A stretch of DNA of 63,709 nt, counting the filler, from Octopus bimaculoides (lineage: Eukaryota): the NCBI RefSeq assembly GCF_001194135.2. It is 6 parts of 6 records of this genome, joined end to end, with 100 filler letters (N's around TTAATTAATTAA, not from the genome) between each part and the next. Parts side by side here need not be neighbours in the genome. Positions count along the whole stretch, not along the records: positions 1 to 24,425 come from NC_068986.1; positions 24,526 to 40,647 come from NC_069002.1; 4 more parts are not named here. One strand, 5' to 3'. The notes beneath the pieces were generated by a model. It worked only from the letters and a program-made list of their open reading frames with translations, did no database searches and was not told where the DNA came from. A program made the translations under genes and the position numbers. Positions 13,329 to 25,048 of this stretch are shown here, piece after piece. Within the stretch, counting starts at the first letter, position 1. The number at the start of each line of letters is the position of its first letter.

Positions 13329-13520
13329 TATATACTATATATGATGGCATAAGAGATGCCCAACCATGTTAGATGCATCCCAATTTCAGCAGTGCAAATT
13401 CGAAAAAAAAAATTTTAATGCATCGAAGGCCTAACTTTGCATATAGGACTCGAGGTGACTTATTGAGTTATTTTGGGGCAAAAGAAAAAAAGTGCATCTT
13501 ATAGGCCATCAAATATGATA
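13329..13520. mobile_element. Short pogo/Tc2-like MITE
   Basis: Imperfect TIRs tatgatggcataagagatgc / gcatcttataggccatcaaata. Confidence 0.55.
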
Positions 13521-14337
13521 TAACTTTTTTAAAATGTAACTGGGTATCTATTTGTAAAACATTACCTCAAAAAGTTCCATCCAAATCACACAAGTATGGA
13601 GAAACAGTAGCAAAAGAAATCTTAAGAAAATATTTAATTCATATAGCTAGTGAAAACATTTTCATACTTCCTGAAATGTGCTAACACTACTCCCAGCATG
13701 CCGATGCACCTTCCTCTTTATGGTTCTTCAACTGTTCGTTTTCCTATCTTTTGGCATTTTATTCTTTGTATTGTACATGTATTTTTGGCTTTCGTTGCTG
13801 TCTGTCTTTCTTTACTTGACTCATTGCTGCTTTCTGTCTTCCCTTTATTTCTTTTCCAACAAGCTGTCGTGCACTAAGCACTGTATACAATAGGGTCGTT
13901 ATTATTATAGACTGTATAGAGCTGTTTGAGAAGAGACGATTGGGGTCACGCTTTTTTTAAGGGCTTAGTCAAAAGAGTGGGAGTAGTACCATTGACACTT
14001 TTTAAGGTTCCCAAGACTGGTAGGAAGAAGGAAAAAAGTTATCCTCAAACGGGAGACTTCATCTGAATGTTTGCAACAGAGTGGACACCACTGATGGCAT
14101 CCAAGGGCCTGGTGGTGATGTTACATAACACTAATAGCAACAACAATAAGTGACTAACTAACTACTACTAATACTACTACTGCTGCTACTGCTTCTGCTG
14201 CTGCTGCTGCAAGTGTTGGTAAAAAGATAGGCTGACACATTCATGTAACCAACACAAGAAGAGAAGAATTAGATGTAGAGTATGAAGGTGATAATCCAGG
14301 AATTAAAGAAACAAGAAATTATTGTACAAGTTCTTAC

Positions 14338-14508
14338 TCTTTTATATTGTTCACCAAGTCAATCTTCATGTCAGTAATCGTCTGTTTTGAGCTGCCAGAA
14401 TCTATGAGGGTCTTTAAATTTTCAATGTCTGCATATAATTTAACAATAGAAACCACTTGATCCCCATCTTGGACACCCTTCACAAATTTCTTGAATGCCG
14501 CCATTATT
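14338..14508 (-). CDS. RGS22/RGSL1-like exon, start of a degenerate RGS-like domain (IMAAFKKFVKGVQDGDQVVSIVKLYADIENLK...)
   Basis: Acceptor tctttggtttccag, donor gtaaga; 171 nt; phase 2 to phase 2; AFKKF...LYADIENLK resembles the RGS helix pattern AF..FL...FW.DIE.YK. Confidence 0.88.
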
Positions 14509-14954
14509 CTGGAAACCAAAGAATAAATGAGAAAGACTGTAAAACAGAGAGAAAGAGATTCAATGAAAAAAATACTTAATTTAAGTACTACTTGGTAAAA
14601 TGGTAATTTGGCAGATCTAAATAGAGTGCCTTGCAGTATTTGTTCATGATCTATGTGCTTTGAGTTCAAATCTTGCTAAGGTCAGCTTTGTCTTCTATCC
14701 TCATAGTGTTTATAAAATACCATTCAGGTAGTGGGGCTGACTGTTTTCTTCTCAGAGTTGGCTATTACTGACAAGATGGTGTCTTGTAAAAGAGGAAAAG
14801 AGAAACATTCAAAGGATGGCACCGAGAAACCACCTATGTATATTCTCCTAAAAAATTCCATGATAAGTATATAGCGCTTATCAAAAAAGTCACCATGTGT
14901 CTTTTGTTGATATGACAGTGTAAAGAAGTAATACTTTGTCTATATCAATTGCAT

Positions 14955-15337
14955 GGAGGTGCAATGGCCCAGTGGTTAGGGCAGCGGACTCGCGGTCATA
15001 GGATCGCGGTTTCAATTCCCAGACCGGGCGTTGTGAGTGTTTATTGAGTGAAAACACCTAAAGCTCCACAAGGCTCTGGCAGGGGATGGTGGCGAACCCT
15101 GCTGTACTCTTTCACCACAACTTTCTCTCACTCTTACTTCCTGTTTCTGTTGTGCCTGTAATTCAAAGGGTCAGCCTTGTCACACTGTGTCACGCTGAAT
15201 ATCCCCCGAGAATTATGTTAAGGGTACACGTGTCTGTGGAGTGCTCAGCCACTTGCACGTTAATTTCACGAGCAGGCTGTTCCGTTGATCGGATCAACTG
15301 GAACCCTTGACGTTGTAAGCAACAAAGTGCCAACAAC
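14955..15337 (+). mobile_element. Full-length tRNA-derived SINE with 13-bp TSD (atatcaattgcat)
   Basis: A-box/B-box-like tRNA head, (CAA)n tail, perfect TSD at 14942-14954 and 15338-15350; sister copy at 51738-52125. Confidence 0.92.
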
Positions 15338-15734
15338 ATATCAATTGCATAAGCCCTTCACTCCCTATGGAGCATAGACTATAGATGACTTGTCTCCTCT
15401 GTTCTCAACTCTAAGTTGTCTTTTCCTTTGCCATTTCTTGTTGGTTTTGTATTGCAATCAATGTTTCAGTAACTTTGCTTTTTCTAAGGAGGAGTGTGGG
15501 TGCTATGCAAACTCATTTTTACCCCTGGGAAGGAGTATTCTGGCCTCTATTCTTTGACCTGTTCAGTAAGGAAGGCTTGTGTTCTGCTGGCATAGCTTTT
15601 AGGGTCACTGAGGTATAGAAAAACACCACACTCCAACAAGGACTGGACTTTGTGGTGGTGTTTATCTATACGGATTATTTAAATTTTATTACAGAACAAA
15701 AAACTATTACAGAAAACTTTTACTAAATATCTTA

Positions 15735-16170
15735 ATATATAAAATGAATGTCTCGATTGCTAATTGTGGAAGGAACTTGTGGAGGAAGTAGACCCAAGAA
15801 GATGTGGGATGAAGTTTGTGAAATGTGATCTTCATATGTTGAGTCCCATGGAGGTGATGACAAGCAATCAGGACTTCTAACAAATTACTGTGCTTGAGAT
15901 GTGTCAAGTTCAATGAAATCATAGTTATGGCTTAGTACCAGTGATGTGTGAATGGCACCCATGTCAGTGGCACATAAAAGGCACCTGTGCTGGTAACATG
16001 TAAAAGGCATCCAGTATATTCTGTGGAGTGGTTGGCATCAGGAAGGGCATTCAGCCTAAGAACCAAGCCAAAACAGATGGGAGCCTGGTGCAGCTCTCTG
16101 CTAACCATCACCAGTCAAATGGTCTAACCCATGCCAGCATGGAAAACAGATGTTGAAGGATGAGACTGAT
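15735..16170 (+). mobile_element. RTE LINE 3' fragment
   Basis: Same ORF-end motif (agacccaagaagatgtgggatgaagt) and family 3' end. Confidence 0.7.
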
Positions 16171-16234
16171 TATGAATGTATGTAAATTTATATGTTCCTA
16201 GTTGTTGGTTACATTATTTCATTCAGATATTCTT

Positions 16235-16436
16235 TTATTCGTTTACTTGTTTCAGTCATTTGTCTGTGGCCATGCTGGAGCACCGCCTTTAATCAAACAA
16301 ATTGACCCCAGGACTTATTCTTTGTAAGCCTAGTGCTTATTCTGTTGGTCTGTTTTACTGAACCACTAAGTTACAGGGACATAAGCACACCAATATCGGT
16401 TGTCAAGCAATGGTGGAGGGACAAACACAGACACAG

Positions 16437-16440
<4 letters not shown>
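16235..16440 (+). mobile_element. SINE family C ending in (CA)n
   Basis: ttacttgtttcagtcatt...ggccatgctggagcacc...ggttgtcaagc...ggtgg; decayed copy at ~6895-7050. Confidence 0.65.
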
Positions 16441-16482
<42 letters not shown>

Positions 16483-16998
16483 GCACACACTACACACACA
16501 CACACCNNNNNNNNNNNNNNNNNNNNNNNNNNNNNNNNNNNNNNNNNNNNNNNNNNNNNNNNNNNNNNNNNNNNNNNNNNNNNNNNNNNNNNNNNNNNNN
16601 NNNNNNNNNNNNNNNNNNNNNNNNNNNNNNNNNNNNNNNNNNNNNNNNNNNNNNNNNNNNNNNNNNNNNNNNNNNNNNNNNNNNNNNNNTATATATATAT
16701 ATATATGATGGGTTTCTTTCATTTTCTGTCTACCAAATCCACTCACAAGCTTTGATCAGCTCAAGGCTATAGTAAAAGACACTTGCCCAAGGTGCCACGC
16801 AGAACCCAGAACCATGTGGTTGGGAAGCAAACTTCTTACCAGACAGCCACGCCTGTGCCTATCCACACAGCCACACCTGTGTAGGGATTACATCTTTTCA
16901 CAAAGGGGATAAGCTATTTGAACTTTTCTGATATTTTCTATGAATCTGAGAAAGACTCAGTATTGCTGCTAGTCCCATAGATTATTTAATCACGTTCT

Positions 16999-17160
16999 AC
17001 ACTCTCTGAGTGGTTGGCGTTAGGAAGGGCATCCAGCTGTAGAAACTCTGCCAAATTAGATTGGAACCTGGTGTTGCCATCCGGTTTCACCAGTCCTCAG
17101 TCAAATCGTCCAACCCATGCTAGCATGGAAAGCGGACGTTAAACGATGATGATGATGATG
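16999..17160 (+). mobile_element. RTE 3' end, young subfamily
   Basis: Near-identical to 1-160; CpGs retained. Confidence 0.88.
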
Positions 17161-17544
17161 TTATTAGAGATTTGGCCTTTACCAGTTAATACTATTTTTC
17201 ATTCTGTTCTAAATCTACACTAAACACAGTTTAAATATATTATGTTCAAAGTAGGAGAAAGTTGTGCAAAGTGGAACTGGAAGGGTGTCCATATATGTAT
17301 ACATGAATGGATGGATGGATACATGTATATATATATATATATATGTATGTGCATATATGTGTGTGTATGTGTCTGTTTATAGACATACTGATGTAAATTG
17401 AAGCTAAAAGCTGCATTCATGGAAATGTAAGTTAGCTACTATTCAATTAATATAAATTAATGAAATCAATATAAAACTGAAATAAATACTGAGAGCTGTG
17501 CTCCAGCATGACCACAGTCAAATAACTGAAACCAATAAATGTGA

Positions 17545-18388
17545 TGCATATGAATGAGGACACTGGAGGGAACCAGTGGAAGAGGTAGACCCAGGAAGAC
17601 ATGGGATGAAGTGGTGAAGCACGATTTTTGAATGTTGGGCTTCACAGAGGCAAAGATCGAGACCTTTGGAGATATGCCATACTTGGGAAGACCTGTCAAA
17701 CCAGGTGAGATTGTAGTTGTGGTTGATACCAGTGCCGTTTAACTGGACTGGTAAAAACACCCTTCAATCACTGGGTGATATGCTGTGCTTGTGAAGACTT
17801 GTCAAACCAAGTGAAATTGTAGTCATGGCCAATGCCAGTGCCATCTGACTGGCACTTGTGCTGGTGGCACGTAAAAAACACCATTCATGTGTTGGGCTTC
17901 ACGGAGGCTGTGATGTGAAGCCAAGTGATATCGTAGTTATGGCCCGTTAAAAGCACCCTTCAATCATTGGGTGATATGCTGTGCTTGTGAAGACCTGTTG
18001 AACCGAGGGGAATTATAGTTATGGCTGATGCCAATATCGTTTGACTGGCACGTAAAAAGCACCATTTGAACCATTGGTCACCTGTCACTAGAGGCAGTGA
18101 CAGGTGATCAAGACCCTTAGTGATATACTGTGCTTCTGTTGACCTGTCAAGCCAAGTGAGACTGTAGTCATGGCCAATGCCGGTGTCAATGTGACCCTTG
18201 CCAGTGGCACATAAAAGCACTGACTACACTCTCGGAGTGGGAGGTGTTAGGATAGGGCACCAACCCATAGAAACCTTGCCAAATCAGATTGGAATCTGGT
18301 GCAGCCTCCTGCCTTACCAGTTTTCAGTCAAACTGTCCAACTCATGCCAGCATGGAAAGTAGATATTAAACAATGATGATGATGATGA
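17545..18388 (+). mobile_element. RTE 3' fragment whose 3' UTR has ~4-5 tandemly reiterated subunits
   Basis: ORF-end motif, then repeated gaagac(c/t)tgtcaa(g/a)ccaagtga..ttgtagtcatggcc...tggcacgtaaaaa units, then (GAT)n tail. Confidence 0.75.
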
Positions 18389-18672
18389 ATAAAAGAACCT
18401 AAAATCCTGGATTTCTTTCTCGTGTGTCTTCTGTTAACCTATAGCATGACAACCAAATAATAACAGAATGCCCTTGTGATTGCTTTTCCTATTATTTCTA
18501 CTATTCTATGTATAAATTATTTTTAATGAATTTCAAAATGAAAAAGGACATACACAAATATCTTTTTTAAAACAATAAACCAGAGTACAACTTAGTTCAG
18601 CATGTTTAACTTCTAAGGATGACACTTCTATTTTATGGACACAATGTTAAAGTGTTTAAAGAAGTAACTTAC

Positions 18673-18758
18673 ACTTTGTTATATACAAAATCTTTAAGAC
18701 AAGGAATACTCAGAGAATAGTCATTGCTATTAACAAAATCATGAGCATTTTCTTTGAG
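18673..18758 (-). CDS. RGS22/RGSL1-like exon (LKENAHDFVNSNDYSLSIPCLKDFVYNK)
   Basis: Strong acceptor ttattttattcatatttctttttcag and donor gtaagt; 86 nt; phase 0 in, phase 2 out, exactly bridging the flanking exons. Confidence 0.85.
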
Positions 18759-19529
18759 CTGAAAAAGAAATATGAATAAAATAAGTACTAACAATGTACA
18801 AAATATGGTATAAATTGGTGAAGAAACATCAAATCAATGCCTTCTTTCAAGCTAGATATGTATCATATTTAATGTCTATACACCAGCAACAGGTCTGTTA
18901 CTGCAGTATTCATTCTGAGGTAATGTTTCTTATGGAAGTGCTGTGTTAAAAACACAATGAACTTTCTGAGAGATGAAAATCACTCCAGCAGCAGCCAATG
19001 AGACTGCCAGATGCATTTCAGGCTTTTTGTATCTTTCGATGCTGTGTATTTGCAGCCAGCTACATGCTCTGATGGTAATTCATCATAAAAAGTGGCTTAT
19101 TGATGATGTATATGTATTGGCTATTTTAATTTAATACTGCCTCAATTGTGTATACCTTTTTTGTTATTTTATTTGCAATATAATTCCCATTTTACTTTTC
19201 TGATACTGAGAGGTTTGATGTGGCTGCAAATATTAATATGTATATGTTTCTAAGGGCAGCGAATTGGCAGAACCATTTGTACACCAGGCAAAATGTGTAG
19301 TGGCATTTCATCTATCTTTATGTTCTGAGTTCAAATTCCACCAGAGTTGACTTTATCTTTCATCCTTTTAGTGTCAATAAAGTAAATGCTGACTGATCAC
19401 CAATGGCAATGATATTGACTGATCCCCTGCCTTGAACTTGCTGGCCTTGTTCCAAAATTTGAAACCAATATATATGTTTCCTGTTTTATGTCAATTTTAC
19501 AGACTAATTCAAAAGTCCCTTTAACATTT

Positions 19530-20330
19530 CTAATTTTTATTTTGTTAAAATTTTCTTTTAATATATTTTTGATAAGCTAGGCCCTTACATTACAACAGCA
19601 GTGTGCAGGTGACCCATCTTTCCAGAAATAAAACTCTACATTTTTGGAGTCCTTGAATGCTTGGCATTAGCAGATTCTCACAGCAAGTTCAAGTAAATAA
19701 AACCAGTTACAGTACTGTCAAAAAAGAATGGTCCAGTTAATTCTTTAGATGGTAAGCTACACCATACTGCAACTTCTGGTAAATCAATATGACATTTCTC
19801 CATGATACGCAGATTCTCAGTAGATGCAACTATGGCAGTTAATTGAGCCATTGAATCTAAATGTAGCCTCATCACTCCAAGCAACCTTTGTTGGAAAGTG
19901 TGCATCTTCTACAAGTCTTGCCAAGTACCACTCAAAACTCCACCCTTTTGTCTGGATCATCTTCATTGAGAGCATGGACTATTCTTGGAATGTAACTTTT
20001 CCAATGACAGTGCTTTAAAATGCAATGGCTGCTTAATTTCAAAATTCCTATCTCATGACTCACAGTGCAGCATTTCTTCGGCAATGCATTTCTAGTACCC
20101 TTTCTTGCTTTGTGGGGCTTGTCAATGTCTATGGTCTCCAGGAACATTTTTTTTTGTGGACATTCTGAACAGTTCCATCTTCTTCAAACTTATCTCACAT
20201 TCAAGTGAAACTCCCACCTAAATTGTCTTTGCACTTCTACAGCGTTTTCAAACTTCCAGTATTGCTTCAGGAGAAATTTCCGATGTTCAAAGCTTAATCT
20301 GGTTCCTTTAATTAATTCTAATTGGTTAAA
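19530..20330 (-). mobile_element. Decayed Tc1/mariner-superfamily transposase (rosa/maT-like)
   Basis: [13 protein letters not shown]...RVEF, VWC.L....GPFFF..TVTG..YL.LL and DGSPAH relics. Confidence 0.7.
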
Positions 20331-20394
20331 TCTAAACAGAAATGATAACTGTGTTATCAGTTAACGTGTGTATTTTTGGTCAGAAGGGATACCT

Positions 20395-20450
<56 letters not shown>

Positions 20451-20742
20451 CATGCGTGTGTGTGTGTGGACCCTTGTTTAGACATCATGCAATGGTTGTA
20501 AATGAGCATCATTATTATACAAGCAAGGTTGTTCATTTCCACTCTTCCATGGAAAGCATGTCTAGCTATGGGGAAATATTAGCTTGCTTGGAAACATGTG
20601 AAGACAAGAAGGGCATCTGGCCATAGAAAACTTCGTTCATGCAGAAAATTTAAACTAATTATTAAAAGAATGTACAGGTTCAAGTTTGAAGATGATATTT
20701 CTCAGCCAAATTAAAATGAATTAATTTTACAGCATTACTTAC

Positions 20743-20920
20743 ATGGGAAGATTTCAATGCTGCTCTCTTGAGTTCTTCTCTTCTACGTAGTGAGGCACGT
20801 ACAGATTTCTTGCGTTCCCTCTCTCTCATTTTACGATCTTCTATCCATGCCTCTTTACTTTCAGGATCATTCAGGAACCTCAACGGCTGTTGTTTGAGGG
20901 TGTCAATTTGAGAAGTCTTT
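20743..20920 (-). CDS. RGS22/RGSL1-like gene, most upstream confident exon (KTSQIDTLKQQ...RERERKKSVRASLRRREELKRAALKSSH)
   Basis: Acceptor ctctctatttttag and donor gtaagt; 178 nt; enters phase 2, exits phase 0; charged coiled-coil-like peptide; in frame with exon 18673-18758. Confidence 0.8.
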
Positions 20921-20977
20921 CTAAAAATAGAGAGGGCCATATGTATATTATATAAATACATACATACATGCATACAT

Positions 20978-21009
<32 letters not shown>

Positions 21010-21622
21010 CATACATACATACTTATAGTAGTGGGGTATGGCTTAATGGTTGGGGGTGTTGCACTCATGATTGTAAAATTGTGATTTTGATTCCTGGCTG
21101 AGTGGTGTGTTGGGTATTTGAGCAAAATACTTAATTTCACATTGCTCTAGTCCACTCAGCTGGCAAAACTGAGTAATCCTGTGACAAATACGCCCCATCA
21201 AGGTGGAATACACACATCACAGAATCCTGGAAATTAGCCGTAAGGGCCTATGGCTTGGGAAGGACCTTTCATCTGTTTCAATATATGTATATATATGATT
21301 TGGTAAGGCTTCAACCAGTAGAAAAGCTGTTGATCAGCTAAAAGATAATGTTATAATAAAAACCACAAATCCTGTTAAACACAGCAACTGAAGTTTCCTG
21401 GTCGAAATAATAATTTATTTCGCCATTTTTCGAGCTGAGAACAAGACCGTTTGTCAGTTGTCTTTTCAGCAGATGACGTTTAAACAAAGGACGCCGAAGG
21501 AAGACAAAATGAAAAGCATAAGGGAGATAACTAACGTTACACTAATACCATGTCAAGCAGACGAAAACAAGATGTTAATGGTTTTATTGTCTAGTGGTCT
21601 GCTTTTAAATTCCGACTAGATG

Positions 21623-22980
21623 TATTGGGTCATAAATAATGCGTTTTTTTTTTCATACTTCTTTTATTCCTCAAAAATATGATAAACAAAGTTCTTATTT
21701 TGATCTAAAATATACTCTCCTTTATTTTCTACAATGCTCTCCCATCTATCTGGTAGACTTGCAAGGCCCCTCTTCCAAAATTCACTTGTCCGTGACGAAA
21801 AATACTCCTTCAGTATTGTTCTGACCTCGTCTACAGATTCATATTTTTTTCCGCCCAAATGATTTGGAAGACTGCGGAATAAATGATAATCAGATGGGTA
21901 ATGTCCGGCGAATATGGTGGGTTGGACATGGTTTCCCATTCAAACTGCTTCAGCCTTTGGAATGTCATCCTTGCTGTATGTAGTCAAGCATTATTCTGAT
22001 GGAAGAACACCTTTCGTCTTGAAACTAAAGATGGTCGTTTTTCTTCTAACGCTGACTTAAGCCGCTCAAGCTGCTCACAGTAGATCTCCTTTGTTACCGT
22101 TTGGTTTGGGTTTAAAAGTTCAAAGTGGACTAAACCTTTCATATCCCATCAAACAGATGACAACACCTTACGTGAGGGAAGACCCTGGGGTGCCAGTGTC
22201 TCTCCTTTCCTTACCCACTGTCTTTGGCACTTGATATTTTTATACAGAATTCATTTCTCGTCACCAGTCACTATTCGGTCCAAAAAAGGTTCATTTGTGA
22301 GATGTGACAGCAAAAAGGAGCACACATTCACTCTGCGCGCGATTAAAATTAGAAAGCTTGTGAGGAATCCATCGACCCAATTTGCTGACTTTTCCGACGG
22401 CATGTGAATGTGCAGCCAGGCCGCGAAATTTTTTTTTCCACAAGAGTTCCGGACCCCAGTAATGAGCTCGTTTGCACGTAGTCAATCAGAACAGAGCCAC
22501 CTTTATCCTTTTTTCCTTTCTAGTCAGCATCGTGCATTCTTAACTCTTTCCTTCTTTACTGGCAGACAGCAACTTCGTCTAGGTCAGAGGTTCTCAAACT
22601 TTTTAGGCCACCGTTCCCTTCATGGCCACATAATACCCTCAGCGCCCCACCCCTATCTTTATGTATAAATATATATTTTACATTTTACTAATTTTATATA
22701 CTATTAATCATTTGATATTTAATATAATATCATATATTTTGTCTACAATAATAATATAATAAATTCAGAGTCCCAATTCACTGCCTTCCTCCCAACGCCT
22801 CCTTTTTCTCTACCGCCACCTTTATCATTCCAATTATAGCTTTAAAAAAATAACTGTTAAAATCGAACTGCACTCTTCAAAACTTGCATTAAAAATAAAA
22901 ACAAGTAGTTTATCCCGTCCCACTCCGACTTTTAGTTCATGCAATTGAAAAAAGCGCATTATTTATAGGATGACCCAATA
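21623..22980 (-). mobile_element. Mariner transposon with both TIRs; transposase disrupted and 5' part replaced by an insertion (~22580-22815)
   Basis: TIRs tattgggtca..taaataatgcg / cgcattatttataggatgacccaata; relics IVTGDEK, PPYSPD and SDYHLFRSL...W..IVEN.GEY. Confidence 0.9.
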
Positions 22981-22981
22981 T

Positions 22982-23560
22982 TTATTGAAATGTGGACATG
23001 CATACAAAAATCTCGTTCCTGGAATTTATGCATTTGTTTGAGGTTCTCAACTTCTTTAAGGGATATGGTTTTTCAAGAAAAACACACTGAACATTTTTGG
23101 ACCCGTTAATATAGGATCTAGTTTTGGAGAGGATTTTCCATTTGATGTCGAAACTAATCCCTTCTTCTTTAAGTTTCCAGATTAAAGCCAAAAGAGTCAT
23201 TGAATATCTCTTGTCACGGTGCTTAAAATTCGATTATAATATTATATCTGGATTTATATTTTCCCTTTCACAGCTCCAATATGACGTTTGATCTCTGTAC
23301 GACCATTATCGTTTTCACTGAAACCTTTGCTTCATAAACAAGGGAAGATATCGTACTTCTGTCCTAGACTACATTTAGATTTGTCTCTACATGTGCATCC
23401 AGGGCAGGCTTGAATCGTGTGCTGCTTATCGACGTATGATTTAACATCAGGGGGCTAAGAAAGGTAATTTTAATCGTGTCTGTTAAAGATTTTATTGTAT
23501 CTTTGGGTTCTGTGGAAATGGATATTTACTAAGTAGAAGAATTTTCTATCTACATTTGTC
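22982..23560 (-). mobile_element. Penelope-like element fragment (GIY-YIG endonuclease end)
   Basis: IWKLKEEGISFDIKWKIL...Y.NGSK..C..LEK...NSRNEI matches the C-terminal motif of PLE GIY-YIG domains. Confidence 0.7.
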
Positions 23561-23580
23561 CAAACCCGGCTAAGACTGAA

Positions 23581-24424
23581 CTAAGTTTTATTTTTCGTTG
23601 GTGGAACCACTGCAATTAGTGGTAGCACTCCACTTACCACCTCCTCCTTCCACGGGATAAGGACACCCTCCTTAATCCACCTCTCTACTTCTCCTTCAAA
23701 CTCTTTCCTGGCGTGTACCTTAAAGGTATGCTGGTAGCAGCTCAGCCTATTCTTCAGCACCGGGGACCCCATTTCCAGCGTCACTCTACCGTTCATCGCT
23801 GACCATCGAACACCGCCCGAAAAACTTTGTCCTTAACGGTGTAGGCAGTACAGTTCCTCGCGGAGCTCTGCTCCCTCTCATGTTGCAGACTCACGGCGCA
23901 TGATGCCCCTGCTCCACTAAACGAAACCACATGGTCAATCACAATCGCCCGCAGCCTCAATGTCTTTCCCCACACTGCTATTTCCATGTCACTGCTATCC
24001 TTGCATCCAATTTCGCTGCCATCGACCGTCCGAATACTACTCGTCCCCTTCCATCTTTTTGTCACCCTCGAGGTCACGAGAGATGTTGTAGAGACCGAAT
24101 TTACGAGAGCTTTGAACACCTTTTCTCTTACCAAGACTTCAACTATGGGCAGCGACTGCACGAGCGCCTCTACTCGCTCGGGGGTGGGGGTGGGGCAGTT
24201 TGAGAGGCAGCAACTTCCTTGCAGCCTTTTTCCCCGGCTGCAATTTCGAGCAATATGCCCAGTCTACGGTCCATGACACTTAAAGCACCAGCCAGTGAAC
24301 GTCACTGTCGTTCCACGACAGTTTTCTTCTCCCTGTTCTTTACCGGTCGTTGTACTACGTCGCGGGCTTCCGCAGCTGCCATCGCCACTGTCTTCTGCCT
24401 GGTGTTTTGTGTCGACACGCGGGA
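23581..24424 (-). mobile_element. Ty3/gypsy LTR retrotransposon fragment: gag zinc knuckle, protease, start of RT
   Basis: CFKCHG..GHIARNC knuckle; ALVNS (degenerate LVD[ST]G) protease; EVERWIKEGVLIPW...PLIAVVPPTKNK RT N-terminus; frameshifts and stops. Confidence 0.8.
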
Positions 24425-24469
24425 TNNNNNNNNNNNNNNNNNNNNNNNNNNNNNNNNNNNNNNNNNNNN

Positions 24470-24481
24470 TTAATTAATTAA
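24470..24481. other. Artificial assembly spacer TTAATTAATTAA inside N runs (also 40692, 53390, 55789, 62582)
   Basis: Identical 12-mer with stops in all six frames, centred in ~100-bp N blocks five times. Confidence 0.9.
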
Positions 24482-24525
24482 NNNNNNNNNNNNNNNNNNN
24501 NNNNNNNNNNNNNNNNNNNNNNNNN

Positions 24526-24984
24526 CGATTCAATCTCAGTTTCAATTCTACTCCTCCAGTTTGATTTTCTTTTCGAATTTGGTATTTTTGGCTTCTTGGG
24601 TGTTAAACAGCGTCTTTCGATTACCTTAGCAACAGAGTAAATAATTTCATTTAATATATTAAGATCGGGTTTTAGTTGTTGCAAGATCTCTTGTGTAACA
24701 CAGTTGCCAATTTTTATTTGCGTTTTATGTTGGCGTGCATTTGGGAGTTTATGGAGTGGTTCCCTTTCATTCGTATTTGTATGCCCTAGAACTGCAAGCT
24801 CATTCAGAACTTCCTGCTCCATTTCAATGATAGATTTTCTGTGTTGTTCAGCAAATATGTGGTCTCCAAATTCTGTTTCAGCATCAATTTCCTGGCTGTT
24901 TTTCCTAGGGTCATTATATTCTCCTTTTTCTTCTGGCTCTTGAGTGGTTTCGGCAGATGGTCGCCTTTCAGTCAATGCTTATGG

Positions 24985-24985
<1 letters not shown>
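24526..24985 (-). mobile_element. 5' (N-terminal) fragment of an R4/Dong-type non-LTR retrotransposon
   Basis: N..IYSVA.VI...W.SRIE.EI motif; begins directly after the (TAA)n tract on minus. Confidence 0.55.

Positions 24986-25047
<62 letters not shown>

Positions 25048-25048
<1 letters not shown>

Noticed and set aside
14955-15035. tRNA-like sequence (also 52050-52125 and the family B heads)
   Set aside because: SINE heads followed by a SINE body, tail and TSD; not tRNA genes.
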